Assembly (NCBI GenBank): GCA_021613535.1
Contig: CP075492.1
Span: 124,001-188,000 of the forward strand
From: Adineta vaga
Lineage: Eukaryota; Animalia; Rotifera
Reading direction: 5' to 3'
Length of the DNA stretch: 64,000 nt
Positions 1-13,515 of this stretch are shown here, piece by piece. Both the position numbers and the translations under genes were made by a program. Numbering within the stretch: position 1 is the stretch's first letter; each line of letters opens with the position of its first letter. A model generated the notes under the pieces. It worked only from the letters and a program-made list of their open reading frames with translations, made no database searches and had not been told where the DNA came from.

Positions 1-365
1 CGGCACCTAATATTAATACAGCAAAAATAACTTTTGCGATGCGTAATGATCCATCGTTTTGGTATTTAGATGTTTTTTCAATCGTAAATAGTTCAGGACA
101 TCAATTCTTATCCAATAGTGGTTTTGAAACAGGTGACCTTACAGCTTGGACATATTGTAATCCTAACAATGCGACCCATGCAGGTATAGTTGACAATTCA
201 AATCCTTATACAGGGTCCTATGAATATGCAGATGGATCAGTAAATGCAAGCGACTATTTAAGCCAAACATTTAATGTTATACCGTATAATAATTATACTG
301 TTAAATTTTGGCTTTCAGCTGCCTCCAACAGTTCATCATCTGCTTTCGTCACTATCTCTTCTTGA
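1..365 (+). CDS. 3' part of a protein with a carbohydrate-binding-like (CBM/galactose-binding-like) domain, cut by the window edge
   Basis: ORF contains NSGFETGDLTAW...YLSQTF...YTVKFWL, typical of such beta-sandwich domains; reading frame runs off the window start. Confidence 0.5.
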   Translation, partial: APNINTAKITFAMRNDPSFWYLDVFSIVNSSGHQFLSNSGFETGDLTAWTYCNPNNATHAGIVDNSNPYTGSYEYADGSVNASDYLSQTFNVIPYNNYTVKFWLSAASNSSSSAFVTISS

Positions 366-667
366 ACATATTATGTAACATTTATCATAAACAGCAAATT
401 TATCCTGTGCACATTTCATAAGTTGTGAAAGACAATGAGCGGTGTCACAACTCATTCGGTTAACAAATATTCCAGAAAAAGAGAACAAAATACCCAATAC
501 TTCATGAATTTTGTAATAAAGCCTTTTTTTCTTTCTTTTCTGTTCTCGAATAGACATATTGCCTAGCAAATTATATTGAAGATGTAAGTATTTCATCTTA
601 AACGATAGATTTTTTATTCAATTTCAAAACTAAACTAATCAGAATTAATTACGCAAAATAAGATTTT

Positions 668-1521
668 TTAATTATCATGTTCAAGAACTTCGTGGAAAAT
701 GACTTCTTCATGTTGAAATTCTAAATGAGGATCAAATTCACATTTACGTACCACTTGAATTGAACTTCCAGCATAATTTTGAATACACCATTGTTCTTCT
801 TTTCCTGTATTGTTATCCTTGTGAACATAAGATAATCGTTGTGCTTTATTTTTATTGTATGTAAAATAAGCTATATTAGGATTGCTGACATTACAATCAT
901 AACTTGTAATCAATGTTTTGTATTTAACGTAGGTATCTAAAAATAAATGTGTCAATATAAAACTATTCTTTTTTTTTAATATTTCTGACAGATAACAATT
1001 TTAAATTGTCATAATTACAGATTTTAGAGAAATCATCTTCGAGTACTTGACAAGGAAAAAACATTAGGAAAATAACTCACCTGGTTCATATAGATTAAAA
1101 CTACCAACTTTTACACACACTTCTTGAATAAGAACACATTGATTAGTTAACGGATGCCATATCATACCAGCATTTCCAATCAAAACAAACAAAGAGTTAT
1201 TCCCTTGATATCTAAGTTGGGCTTGTTCTGGTGTAGTAGCAGTTCCTAGAAGTATTGTACCTGTAATACAATTAAATACATTTGAATTTTATTGAAGTAA
1301 GAGATGTTATACTTACAACCAAAAAGTGTTGACCACATAGGATCAGGATGTAAAGTATCGTTTGGAAAACGATATGGTGTGCCTGGAAATGCACAACGAC
1401 CATTGTCTGTTGTCCATCGAAATTTATATGTTTCAACTTCAGATAGTAAATGAATAGGTATTGAATATGTAATAACGATCGATATAACGAACAAACACAG
1501 TATATTGACGAAGATAAACAT
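668..1521 (-). CDS. Multi-exon secreted Cys-containing protein of unknown function
   Basis: Signal-peptide-like start (MFIFVNILCLFVISIVITYS); GT-AG introns separate coding segments near 1314-1521, 1081-1246 and 668-937. Confidence 0.55.
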
Positions 1522-1588
1522 TTTGCTTGTAAAAGAATTCTCAATATTGATTTGGTTATTCGACTATATGCAGCATCAATTTATACGT

Positions 1589-1650
1589 TGGGTGGGTGTG
1601 GGTGTAAGTGAAGAAGATATACCTACACCCACACCCACACCCACACCCTC
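1589..1650. repeat. Inverted telomere-like tract (TGTGGG arm / AT spacer / CCCACA arm)
   Basis: gggtgggtgtgggtgt-aagtgaagaagatat-acctacacccacacccacacccacaccctc. Confidence 0.85.
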
Positions 1651-1653
1651 AAG

Positions 1654-1998
1654 ATGGTAAAAACTGAAAACTTATCGTTTATAGCTGCTGAAGAAACATC
1701 GACTGCGGGAATTGAAAAAGCAATGATGAAAGTAGTGATTAAAATAATAGAAAAACTAGTAGATAGAATAACTGAAAACGTAGCTGAAAAGATTCCATTT
1801 ATTGGAATTTGCTCCGGTATTGGATTTGCAACATGGAGAATCTTAGAAAATCCCGCATTTTCCTCAGCCTATGTCAAGGCAGGTTTTGAAATGTTATCTG
1901 GCATTGCTTCAACTATTCCTGGTGTTGGTACAACCTTTTCAATCGCTATTGACATTGTTCTTGTAGCGTTCGATATAAAAGAGGCAATGCAAAATTAA
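1654..1998 (+). CDS. Hydrophobic helical protein, probably a 5'-truncated fragment
   Basis: 114-aa ORF with Gly-rich amphipathic segments (KIPFIGICSGIGF, STIPGVGT); starts 3 bp after the telomere-like tract, leaving no promoter or UTR space. Confidence 0.45.
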   Translation: MVKTENLSFIAAEETSTAGIEKAMMKVVIKIIEKLVDRITENVAEKIPFIGICSGIGFATWRILENPAFSSAYVKAGFEMLSGIASTIPGVGTTFSIAIDIVLVAFDIKEAMQN

Positions 1999-2328
1999 CA
2001 ATTTCCATTCAACTAAAAACATAAATATTTTACACAAATAATTTTTCTTCCATAAATGTTTTTCTTGATTAAATCTTCATGAACATGATACAGAAAAGGG
2101 TGATGGTGTGGATGAAATTATGATATGAGCATCGTTCTCTGACGCAACCACAACTTCATTTCAGTTACACTATGGCAAATACACATGATTTCGATATGTT
2201 GTTAGCATCAAAGCACATGCGCTGATAAGCGTTTTATGTACTGAGTAAACCAAAAGTCGTAGTTCAAAATTCCTTTGTTGTTGTAGAGTATTGCACGATT
2301 AAAGTAAGAAGATCTGAACGATATTAAA

Positions 2329-2548
2329 ATGGAAAACTCACCTCTAACCGCACTATCACCAGAATTGATTTATCACATATTTGACTACTACGATATTCAA
2401 AAGACTCTTCTGCCTGTTCGTAGTGTGTGCAAAATACTCTATACCATGGTCAGCACCTACGATCGACTTGCATTTACATTTAATTCAAAATCAGTCTGAA
2501 TTATGAAATCTGTTTCTCGAATCCTTCGGTCAGAAAAAGTGATATAGA
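2329..2548 (+). pseudogene. F-box protein remnant
   Basis: Translates MENSPLTALSPELIYHIFDYYDIQKTLLPVRSVCKILY..., then in-frame stops. Confidence 0.65.
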
Positions 2549-2897
2549 TGCAGATGGTGGGTTGTCTATGTATTGAGAAAAAGTCATCAATAGTATAATG
2601 ATTTTAGTTAAGTTACAAGGATGTCGACGCTGATAGAATCCATCTTTTTTACAATTCGTTCTATCGAGAACCGCAGCGCTTGTATAGAAAACGATTCCTA
2701 ATTCATTCCAAATCTTGGAATCTGTTCTTTAATATTTATTTTAACGTTAATTTTGTGTATTTTATTCACGTGCACTCGCGATGCTCTATTTTGTTTTTAT
2801 TATAAAGTGTATACAAAGTCAATCACTGAAAATTTAGAATTGAGATGTTACAGATTTTAGTGATAAACCAAAATATAGTTTGTAGAAAAATGAATAT

Positions 2898-4300
2898 TTA
2901 AGCTATGACGAAGCGAAATAAAAGAGCGATAGCAGTAAAGAGTCCAAAGAGATCTCCTTTCGCACGAAATGCCGATGCATGAATCGAATCGCTGTCGAAA
3001 CATTGAAAAAATGACACATAAATATTTTCGTAAGTTTTCCAAATTTCTTGCGTCAAATCAATGGGTGCGTTCGTATCTGCATTTGAAAGAATAATCACAC
3101 CTATATTGTTTTTATTGACCAGCATCACATGTGCCATACCTGGCAATTCTCCAGCATGACCAAAATATCGATCACCGTTACTTGCAGTTACCCAATACCA
3201 ACTAAGAGCATATTCTAATCGGCGCTGTATCGTAGTATTACTGGCCGGCCATTGGTTATAAAGTGGTATGACACCACCGCCGACTACTGTTCGTATTTCA
3301 GCAATGGATTGCGAACGAAGAATAGACGATCCATTATTGAGAAACATGCGAAGATATACGGATAAGGCACGAGCCGACATACGCCACAGACCGGCTGGAT
3401 AGCCACTAAGACTGAAAGGTGAAATGTGTAGCCATGTAGGAAAATTGTCCTGAAAAGAAAACGATTAAAATCAATTCGACTAATTATTTTCATGCCTTTT
3501 ACCGAGATCTGAGTGATATTCAATTGTGACATGGCTCGATGATAATTTTCAAAATAGACTACATTGGGTGCATAAGCATAGCTCTTGACAAGATCATTTA
3601 TATTTTCAAAATCAGACAAACGCACACCAGTTTTTGTGATATCAATACCAATTGGTTTCAGAATTTTTTGTTCGACATAATCGCTGTAGCTCATCTTTGC
3701 AATTCGTTCGACAACCAATGCAGCTAGCGATGAACCCTGATTTGAATACAATGACACACTGCCGGGTGGCTTTGGCAACCAGTTCGATGTGTTTGGATTC
3801 ACATATTTGAAACACATGTCAGCCAACGATTCATTGAATGCTTCGTCGCCCGATTTAAAAAAAGTATCTTCCTCTTGACGATTGATAGAGATCGAAGCCG
3901 AGTGCGAGAGTAACTTGCGTAGAGTAATCGAATGCGAAGGATAACGCGGATGGAAGATGCGTCTCTGCGGTTCCGATAAATATTGATTAATGTCGGTATC
4001 AAGATCAACGAGTTCTTGCTCGACAAGTTGCATAACAGCAATGCCTATGAAAGTTTTCGAAATCGAAGCAAGAGAGAAAATGGATTTGTCAATATCTATA
4101 GGCTCTCTCGGTGATAAAGATTTGTGGCCGACAGCTTGTTCGTAGAGTACGTGGGTAGCATTGACCACGATGATTGCAGCGCCTGGTACATAGATTTTCT
4201 CGAGAGATTGTTCTATCCATTGTGGATTTGGACAATTTGAACCATTGCTAGTTGCAATATTGAAAACAAGAGCAAACATAATCAACAATAAGCATACCAT
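2898..4300 (-). CDS. Secreted beta-lactamase-family (class C/AmpC-like) serine hydrolase, 2 exons
   Basis: SISK (SxxK), LLSH, YSN and HAG motifs; signal peptide; GT-AG intron at 3450-3502 joins the two ORFs; hydrophobic C-terminus. Confidence 0.9.
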
Positions 4301-4528
4301 TCTTAGTTTTGGTTTGACAAAAAAGTATTATTCTTCACTGAGATAAGTTTAGTCATGATAAAATACTATATATCATATGAATCATGAATAAAGCCAAAAG
4401 TAAATACGGAGAATGTTGTTTCGTTAACGTCATCTTACGCTTTTTATATTAATTCTGTTGATCTTATATATCAACACCACAGTGATGTCAATATTTGAAG
4501 ATATACTGATAGCGATAAATTGAAATAA

Positions 4529-4818
4529 ATGCCGGGTGAAGCAAAAATTTTGTTGATAACTTGACTTGAGAAAATAATAAAAACTTGATATTACAAAAGT
4601 AAATAGACTATTATGTCAATAATTGGCCTTCTTGAGTTAAGAAAAAACAAAACTATAAGCCAACATGAGTTATTTTGAGAACAAGAATTATCACGAGAAT
4701 CCAGTATTAGAGTTTTGCTAATGTAAATATGAGAGTCAAGTTTTTATCATTTTCTCAAGTCAAGATAGCAACAGAATAAAAAATAAAAATGTTGCAAAAA
4801 TTGTGTTTCACTCGGCAT
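4529..4818. mobile_element. Degenerate MITE
   Basis: Inverted ends atgccgggtgaagc / gtttcactcggcat plus internal inverted blocks (cttgacttgagaaaat / attttctcaagtcaag). Confidence 0.65.
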
Positions 4819-5815
4819 AGTATCTGATTGTTTTGGTTGGTGATAATCAATAAATGATAAAACAGCCTGACTTATTTATCGAAGACAGGGATCAATTCGC
4901 TACTTTCTACGGATAGATAATTTACTTATTAATCTTTTAGAATCAAATCTTATCATAATTTTAAAAAAAATAGTTTTTTATCTATTACACAGAATGCTAA
5001 TTTGTAAGTGTAACATTCGATAATGGATCTAACTTGTTCTTCTTTGTGTGCCTTTTTACAGGCAAATACATTTTATTGTCAAAATGCATAAAGAATTGTT
5101 ACGAAGCTACTTGAGAATTTTTAGAAGAAGAAATCGAAACGACTTTATTGTTTTCACAATTATTTCAAGTCACAAACACGTATTTTATATTCATCCATTT
5201 AAAGATAAAATTGTTTAACACATAATTATTGACTGACAATTTCCTCATTCCGCAGTAACTATTGTACTTTGTAACTTTAACTTATCTAATCATTCAATTG
5301 AAATATAGATTTAACCTCTTTTTATTGGTTTTGCAGACATTTAATGCTTGAGAGTTGATCTTCCTTCTAATTTTACCATAGTTTCATCGGATGAACCAAA
5401 ACGTCCAAAGTTATTATCAACCAAATGTAAATTAAAAAATATTTGAAGAAAACGATCTGTTGACATTAGAAAAAGTAACAAACTGTATTCAATAAGCAAT
5501 CGAAATAGTAAAAGAAAACAATAATTCTATTACACTGCCACGATCAATAGAGAAGTAATATATGATGACACTCTATGCAGTATTGCAGCGAAGAAGAAAA
5601 GAATCTTTGAGAAGGACCTATACGACTTTCCAGGCTAACATTTTAATGTAAATAAAAACAATTTTCTCTTTGTTGAACATTTTCATGAGAAAACTAAAGG
5701 AAATTTTCTCTCTTTTATTAACGTGTGAAAAATCTTGGACATGTTTTTTTTTCGAAATTTTTGGAAATACAATTAATACGCAAAATGTATACAATCTCTT
5801 GAAAATCGTTATATA

Positions 5816-6770
5816 CCGGGTGTACCAGAAGTTTTGCGACATTTTGTGCTTTGTTGATATCTTGACTAGAGAAAATGATAGAATCCTGAATTTTCTTTTC
5901 AATGATAGAGCGAGAAAAGCTGTACAAAACATGCATTAGAGAATCTCTATTCTCCAGTTGGAGCAATTTTCTTGCGGTCATTAGTAAGTGCCTATGCAGT
6001 GCTATGATATCCCATTGTATACAGACGAATACGAATGCACTGGAGCCACTTTCGGTTCTTTTTCCCGAATTTGTACACAGAGATAGTGTTGAGCTTTTGA
6101 CGGCGCATCTGTCAAAAAAAAATTAAGTTATTTTTATTCGTCCTAATCGCCAGAGATGCAAAACAAACAAGATCATCATAAATAAGGCATTACATGATTA
6201 ACTTGGTAGTTATCCATCTTGTGTTCAAAAAAAACTGGGACGTATAAATTTGTACGAGTTTGTTCTCACTTATTTTGTAGTACTTTCAACGGCGCATCTC
6301 ATAGAAACAAAATTTATATTTTATCATTTTTAGAAACGACGATATCTTGAAAATAAAAGTAAAATAGAGCATAAAAATAGGACCGCTAATTGTAGAGTTT
6401 TTAGTTTTCAGAAGGAGAAAACCGGTAGAAGCTGGTATTCGTAATTCCGTGGTATAGGTCCGAAAGAGCTTTCCATTGCACCTCTTTTAAAAAAAGAATT
6501 AGGTGTAAATCATCTCTCAGTATTAATATATATGAAAAATATGAAAAAATGGGCACGCAATTTTATTGTGTGGGGACGTTGTAGCACTGTATAGGCACTT
6601 ACTAATGACCGCAAGAAAATTGCTCCAACCGGAGAATAGAGATTCTCTAATTCATGTTTTGTACAGCTTTTCTAGTTCTATCATTGAAAAGAAAAATCAG
6701 GATTCTATCATTTTCTCTAGTCAAGATATCAACAAAGCACAAAATGTCGCAAAACTTCTGGTACACCCGG
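5816..6770. mobile_element. Non-autonomous Tc1/mariner-type element (MITE) with ~190-bp TIRs
   Basis: TA|CCGGGTGTACCAGAAG ... CTTCTGGTACACCCGG|TA; near-identical long TIRs; TA target duplication; no transposase. Confidence 0.9.
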
Positions 6771-7213
6771 TACTATATCATATGAAAATATTTCACGATT
6801 TGTACTTATGTCTTTCTATTTCCTAACCTGAAATGAATAATCATTGAAAATAAAATGTGTAAAATTTTCTTTTATTCATTTCTTATCTCGTGTTTGAAAT
6901 CTAAAGGTAGAAGACACACGTGGCACAGAAAAAAAAAGATTTTTTTTCTTATCATGTACGCACTAAATAAGTTTGAAATTATATAACCATCATACAGCTT
7001 TAAATGGAACAAATAACACACCACCAATGTGGTAATTCCGAAGAAAATAAAAGAAAAAAGTTCATAACAGCAACTAGTTGGTGAGTGAAGAAAATAAACT
7101 ATTAATATATGATTTTTTTTTAATTTTCATTTATTAAATAGTTTCATCTTAATCATCGATTTTATTCACTTCTTGTCGAATCAACGTTTCGATTTCAAAT
7201 CTACATTCCTCTT

Positions 7214-8804
7214 ATGTCTTCATCATCTTTTGATTCTTACAATCGAGACATGATTATACCTAATCAACAACGTATTCATTCTATCGAAATCCTAAATTCT
7301 TTTATGTATGATGATGAAATACTTTCATTATCAAACAAAATATCTCTTCGAACTTTAATTGTCGAAAATATTGAACGAAATCGTATAAAATATCTTCTTA
7401 ATCAATTAACTTCATTATCATATTTATCTTCACTGACCATTAGTACTGTTGATCGAGTTGAAAATAAATTCCCTATTTATCAACAAATATTTCATTTACT
7501 TTCGTTACGATATTGCAGATTATCATTGGGAGATAATCAACATTACTCCAACATATCATCATGTACTAACAACAAACAAAGTTCAATCGAACATCTTGTT
7601 ATTGATGATAAAATAAAATGTTCTGAACTAAATGATTTTCTTTCAAATCATCCTCAATTACGTCGTTTATCTTTAAATTTATACTGCGGATTTCAATATA
7701 CACAATAAAATATATCTTGCAGTGTTTTGAACCATTTGACATATCTTTCTCTTAGATGTAAATGCGATATAAATTTCAATCCATTGAAATAAATTCTTAT
7801 CAATCATTTTCCTTCTGTTGAAATTCTACGCATAACTGGAGAGATGAATTTAATCGATGCAAACAAATGGAAACAACTCATATCAACATATTTACTCAAA
7901 CTTCGTATATTTGATGTTATGTTCTAAATACATTTATATAGTGACATCGAAGAATTAGCATATGAAGAACAAGTTAATTTATTTCAATCTTCATTTTGAA
8001 TTCAACGACAATGGTTTTTGCGATCTACGTTGGATAGAAAAAGACTTTCAAAAAGAGGAAATTTGTATACAATAAATCCATATAGGTAAATATTATTGAT
8101 GAGATTATTCACAGAGATGATATGATTATATACGTTGTATATTTCAGAAGAAAACATTATCAACTATATGAACAAGTCAATGAAATAAATAATGAAAATG
8201 AAAATCCAATCATTTTTAAATTAGTTCATCATCTGAGAATTCACAGTGTGAGGGAACCATAAATCATAAACATATCGATTATTTTCCAAATGTAACTCAA
8301 CTGACTCTTTCAAATGATTTTTCGCTTTCAAAAGATAATAAATCAATCAGAAATGATCTTAATCGTATTTTACCTTTACAACACTTAAAAACTTTAGTAA
8401 TCAAATGTTGTTATTATCCTTTTTCAAAACTGGTTGAACTATTATGTGTTATGCCTAATCTTCAAACATTAACGTTTCAAACAATGCTTCTTTTTACAGC
8501 AGAGGTAAGAAGATCTGTTGAAAAAAATGGAAATTTTCAATCTTTATGTAATACAAATCGTGTCACAACTGTAATTTGTGAGAAAGACACAATTGACGAT
8601 GTCGAACTATTTTTCAAATTATTTCCCTATTTACAACATCTTGTCATGAATATTTCAATGAATAATATGGAATCAATATTACGATTTTCTTTAGACAAAA
8701 ACAAACGTCATCTAGTATTGTTAACTTTTTTATTATCTTGTTCAATGTCTCTTGAAAATGTAAAAACACTTATTAAGTCTGGAGCATTGTCTTTTGATCA
8801 TCTA
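7214..8804 (+). pseudogene. F-box/LRR-like protein pseudogene
   Basis: LRR-like segments (LSYLSSLTI, SSIEHLVI, PQLRRLSL, PNLQTLTF); stops at ~7706 and ~7997; intron ~8086-8147; ends at a telomere-like tract. Confidence 0.75.
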
Positions 8805-8864
8805 GAGGGTGTGGGTGTGGGGTGTGGGTGGGTGTTTATCATTAACCCACACCCACACCCACAC
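8805..8864. repeat. Inverted telomere-like tract at a gene-gene junction
   Basis: gagggtgtgggtgtggggtgtgggtgggtg-tttatcattaa-cccacacccacacccacac. Confidence 0.9.
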
Positions 8865-10989
8865 GTCGACATTGTTCATCCTTTGATCTCAATACTTTTA
8901 CTTGCAAGAATGATTAACAATTATCTATTGAACACCGATGTAATCAATATATTGATTGTATCAAAGGAGAAGATGAATGGGCATGTGATTTTCAGAATAC
9001 AATGTATCCAAATCGATTAAAAACATTTTCTCTGAAAGAACAATTATTTTCATCAATATCATTATCGCCTATTAAACGACAGATAACTAATACTATCAGC
9101 GATGATGTTTTATTTCACTGTCATCGAGGTATTTTAATTCGCGAAAAACAAAACCATGATTTTTGTCTTTGTCCTCCAAGTTATTTTGGAAATCGTTGTG
9201 AGTGGCAAAGTGAACGAATAACACTTTCATTTGATAGTGAAATTTTGAAATCAACAGTTGATTCAAATGTTATTTACCGTATGATTTTTTACTTAGTTAA
9301 CGAATATGAACGACGAGTATTGGATTTCGAAACATTGCTCTATGCTCCATTTATTCATTCAACTTTAAAACATATTATTTACTTAAAATATCCACGAGAA
9401 TATCTTCTTCGATCACCTCAAAATCGACAAATTGAACGAATTTCAATTTATGTCGATGCTTATATTGTTACACGTACATCAGTAAAATATTCAATTTCTT
9501 GGTATTTTCCAGTTCTATTTCCTTTTCTACCTGTCAATCGTCTTGCTTTTCGTCTTTCTTTTCAAGAACCACGTGATATAAATCGAACTAGATGTTCTCA
9601 ACTTGATTGTAAGAATGGTGGTCTTTGTCAAACTTATATAAATACTGATGAAATATTTTGCTATTGTCCTCTTAATTTCTCTGGTTTGACTTGTGAAGAA
9701 CAAGTAAAATATGAAAATCTTCAATGTCACATACATGCACAATTGATTAAACGTTTCAATCATACTTTTTGTCTTTGTCCATTTGGTCGTACAGGACGAA
9801 ATTGTCTTGTAAAATATGATACTTGTTCAAATCTTTCTTGTTACAACAATGGTACATGCATTCCAGGTGATGATCGAACTAAACAATATATCTGTCAATG
9901 TTCAAAAGAATATTTTGGTAATCATTGTGAATATCGCAATGCAATTCTTCATGTATACATATCAGAACGAATAAAGATTGCGCCGATTTTAAACATTCTT
10001 ATGCTTCATTGACCATCTAATGCAAAAAGTTTCCTTTTATATCGTAATTCATTCCTTTTTAGGAATATCCAATGAAATACTCATTTTACTATAATTGAAG
10101 AAAATCAACGGTTTTTATCTACGTTTATTTTTGCTCAAATAATTGATAATCATGAGTCAACCTATGGAACTTATTATTTATTACATTATACAAATATCGA
10201 AAATTTAACTGAATTTCAAACATAAGTTGTATCTGAAAAATGTTGTTATCATGTGAATGAATATCTTAATAAACAAATAATACAAATGACTTGGTTGAAA
10301 AAAGTCAAAATTTATCATAAATATTTCATATATGTTCAATATTTGATTTTTTACTTTCACTTCTTGTTTCTACATGTGATTGGTTAACAACATGTTTAAC
10401 ATGTGAAAGAATAGCAAGTGTTATTTTGGATATCAAATTTAATAAACAGTATAGTATTCGTCTTGTTAAAATAATTAGTCCATTGATTTTTCTTATTCTT
10501 ATTTTGACATTAATTCATCAATTATTTTCTCATCATCTCATTACTGATCCTCGTAATGATGCTCGACAATGGTGTGTTGTAAAATATCGTTATGAATGGC
10601 TTCAAACATATGATATTGTTATTAAATTTATTCATTCTATAACTCCATTTTTAATCAATCTTATATCTGTAATAATTTTGTTTGTTACATGTGCTCGTAA
10701 AAAGCAACGAATACGTGATAAAGTGAAATATTCAATTATATTTATTAAACAAGTTCGTCAACATAAACATCTTCTTATCAGTCCATTCGTTACTACAGCT
10801 TTCAAATTACCATTTCTTATAGTTCAAGTTTTATTCAAATGTATCATAGATAAATGGCAGTTACATATATCTCTCATTGCTTATTTTATTTCAAATATTC
10901 CACTTGCAATAACGTTTATCATTTTCGTTTGGTTTTCACCATCATATTATAAAGTTTTTGTGAAAAAATGCATCCGACGATTCATTTAA
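8865..10989 (+). pseudogene. 5'-truncated LDLa/EGF-repeat 7TM GPCR pseudogene
   Basis: LDLa remnant (HRCNQ..DCIKGEDEWAC), several EGF repeats (CLCPPSYFGNRCE, CYNNGTC), C-terminal TM helices; internal stops and frameshifts at 10010-10430. Confidence 0.8.
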
Positions 10990-11283
10990 TATATTCTGAA
11001 GAATACGGGTTTTAACTTGACCATCTGAATATTTTAGAATGGCCAAAAACCTAGAAAAAGATTCGTTCTGATCCCTTTCAAATATATAATAAATATTATA
11101 TATCGTACTTCTATTGTTTGTCCTTTCTATATAGAACACATTTATTCTATTGTTATCAGTTATAGTAAACACAACACGAACACATTTTTACTTTATTATA
11201 ACATGTTTGAGAAGATATTTGTTTTTTATACAGAATAACTAAATTGATTACAAAATTTATTTTCCAGTAAGTTTCAAATCAAA

Positions 11284-12228
11284 ATGAAGAATTTTCTTCA
11301 ATTATTAATATTATATTTTTACATTGTTTTAAATGCTATCAATTGTATACAATCAGCTCCAAATGGTTACTTATTAGGAGCATCATATGATCCTGTATCG
11401 GGTTCGAATGCAATATTTAAAATAGATCCGTTAACAGGAAAATTTACAGTACTCACACCATTTACAAACTACAAAGCATACGATGTAACTTATGATTTTA
11501 TTCATAAAATTTTATATGTTTTTGGTAGTAAAGCAACGCTATTAGGAAACGAAGCACCATTATCAGTGATGGTAATTAATCCATTGAATGGTACACAAAC
11601 ATATCGACCAATTACGACGGAACGTTATGCTGAACTATGGGGTTTACGTGTTGATAGTAGTACAGGAATATTATATTCAGTACAAATGAGTGATGCAATG
11701 GAAAGTCCAACAAGTATCGTTCAGATCGATCCAAATAAATTTATAGCTAAACGATGGGTAAATATAACCAAAGCTACTGGTGTACAACCAAATTCTATGG
11801 CTATCTTTTTCAATTCAACAGATCATCAATATTTTGTAACAGTACCTTATGACAATGATTATCTTGTTGGTATTGATATTACGAAACGAAAAATTATCAG
11901 TGAAATTACAGATTCAATTTTACCAGCATATTTATGTTATGATAATAAAACAAATGCTTTTTATGGTATGCAAATTTTTCTAAAAGAACGTGGCTGTCGT
12001 TTAGTGCGTTTAAATCCATATAATGGTACCATGAATATTTTATCTAAAGATTTTAAAGATTATTTACCATCGACTGGTGATTGTCATGATGGATATTATT
12101 TTACAATGATTGTCGAAGGTTTTAATAAGCAAAATATCGTTACATTTGATTTAAGCAATAATGCAAAAATAATAGCAAATAAACGAGCAGAATCATATTT
12201 AGATGCATTTGCATTTGCTCCAAATTAG
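11284..12228 (+). CDS. Secreted beta-propeller-like protein, intronless
   Basis: 314-aa intact ORF with signal peptide and repeated blade-like motifs (IDPLTG, YDFIHKILY, VDSSTGILY, YDNKTNAFY). Confidence 0.75.
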   Translation: MKNFLQLLILYFYIVLNAINCIQSAPNGYLLGASYDPVSGSNAIFKIDPLTGKFTVLTPFTNYKAYDVTYDFIHKILYVFGSKATLLGNEAPLSVMVINPLNGTQTYRPITTERYAELWGLRVDSSTGILYSVQMSDAMESPTSIVQIDPNKFIAKRWVNITKATGVQPNSMAIFFNSTDHQYFVTVPYDNDYLVGIDITKRKIISEITDSILPAYLCYDNKTNAFYGMQIFLKERGCRLVRLNPYNGTMNILSKDFKDYLPSTGDCHDGYYFTMIVEGFNKQNIVTFDLSNNAKIIANKRAESYLDAFAFAPN

Positions 12229-12405
12229 TTATAAAACATTTCTTTTTGTATTGTGCTTGTTTTTGTTTTCATGACAATTTCAAATAGATAATATTGTTTT
12301 ATTCTCTTTCCTTTGCTACTCTCAAAGAAACAATCTTTATTAATACTCGATATATAGTAGCACACAATATCAGGTGCACTATATTCAACATTTATTTTTT
12401 GAAAT

Positions 12406-13184
12406 TTAAGAATTACATTCTTGTGGAATTGCAAAGATACTTCGATCTACAATATCTTCAACAAAATCACTTGTTATTGTTGTTAAACTTTCTCCTAGAA
12501 TAAATATTAAATTTGTTTTTTCATAAAAGTCAAAACAAAGTATTACCAGTTTTTCCAAGAAATGTTGTTTCAAGTACAGTACAAGTATCTCGAGAAACTT
12601 TTCGATAACTCAGACCATAACCTCTAGCTATCCATAAATCAGCAAGAATTTCTTTTCCATTTTGATTATACAATGATGAATCGACATAAGTTTCATATTC
12701 TGAAAATAAAAGAATAAAATTTAAAATAAATCATATTGAAAATAATAAATTTTTACCAGAAATACAATTCTCGAATGGATAATCGATATTGTCTTTTAAA
12801 CACAAATTTTGATCAGACAAAATTGTATATCGTACTTTGTTGTTAAAATCAAAAATATAATGAGAACGACTTATACCAGTAGATATCGAATTATTTGTAG
12901 GTCCTCTTCTTGCAATTAAACCATTTTCAAGATCATGTACGTCTTCATCTTCATACTATATTGAAATTTATTTTCAAAGAATAAATTATTTTTCTTAATA
13001 TTTGTATAAAAATATTTACAATAAATGTTTTCGTCTCTCCATTTGGTAATACAATTTTAGATGTAGCTTGTAATTTTGCACTATATCGTTTTGGAAAACA
13101 ACAACGTTCAGGTGGAGTTTCTAATGGTTTAGATAAACCATCTGTAATGAAAACTAAAATAATCAATAATTTGTATTGAAACAT
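12406..13184 (-). CDS. Ependymin-related (EPDR-like) secreted protein, multi-exon
   Basis: Signal peptide, N-terminal CCFPKRY, DFNNKVRY..C, C-terminal IFAIPQEC*; GT-AG introns. Confidence 0.65.
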
Positions 13185-13515
13185 AAGTGAAATTTCTTGC
13201 TTGCTTGTTGAATGAATGAAAATACTTGATTATTTTCATGGTATTTATAGGAAAATCAATTGTGAGTATATTCGATAAAAGTCATGTCTAAAAAATCGTA
13301 TTATATATCAGAATACACAGAAAAGGAAGAATATATCATGATTCGAAGATTTATTTTTAATAGACAATGATTAGTGCGAGACGAATATACGAATATTATA
13401 TTTCTCGGAGTACTATTCATCTTTTGTTCTATAATTTTGGATATAAATTGATTATTTGATTGTTTCATAGTATTAATTCATCGATGCATTTTTATACTTA
13501 GGAACATAATATTCC

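Noticed and set aside
5618-6826. Several short ORFs, two nearly identical on opposite strands
   Set aside because: Artefacts of the MITE's long TIRs; no transposase motifs
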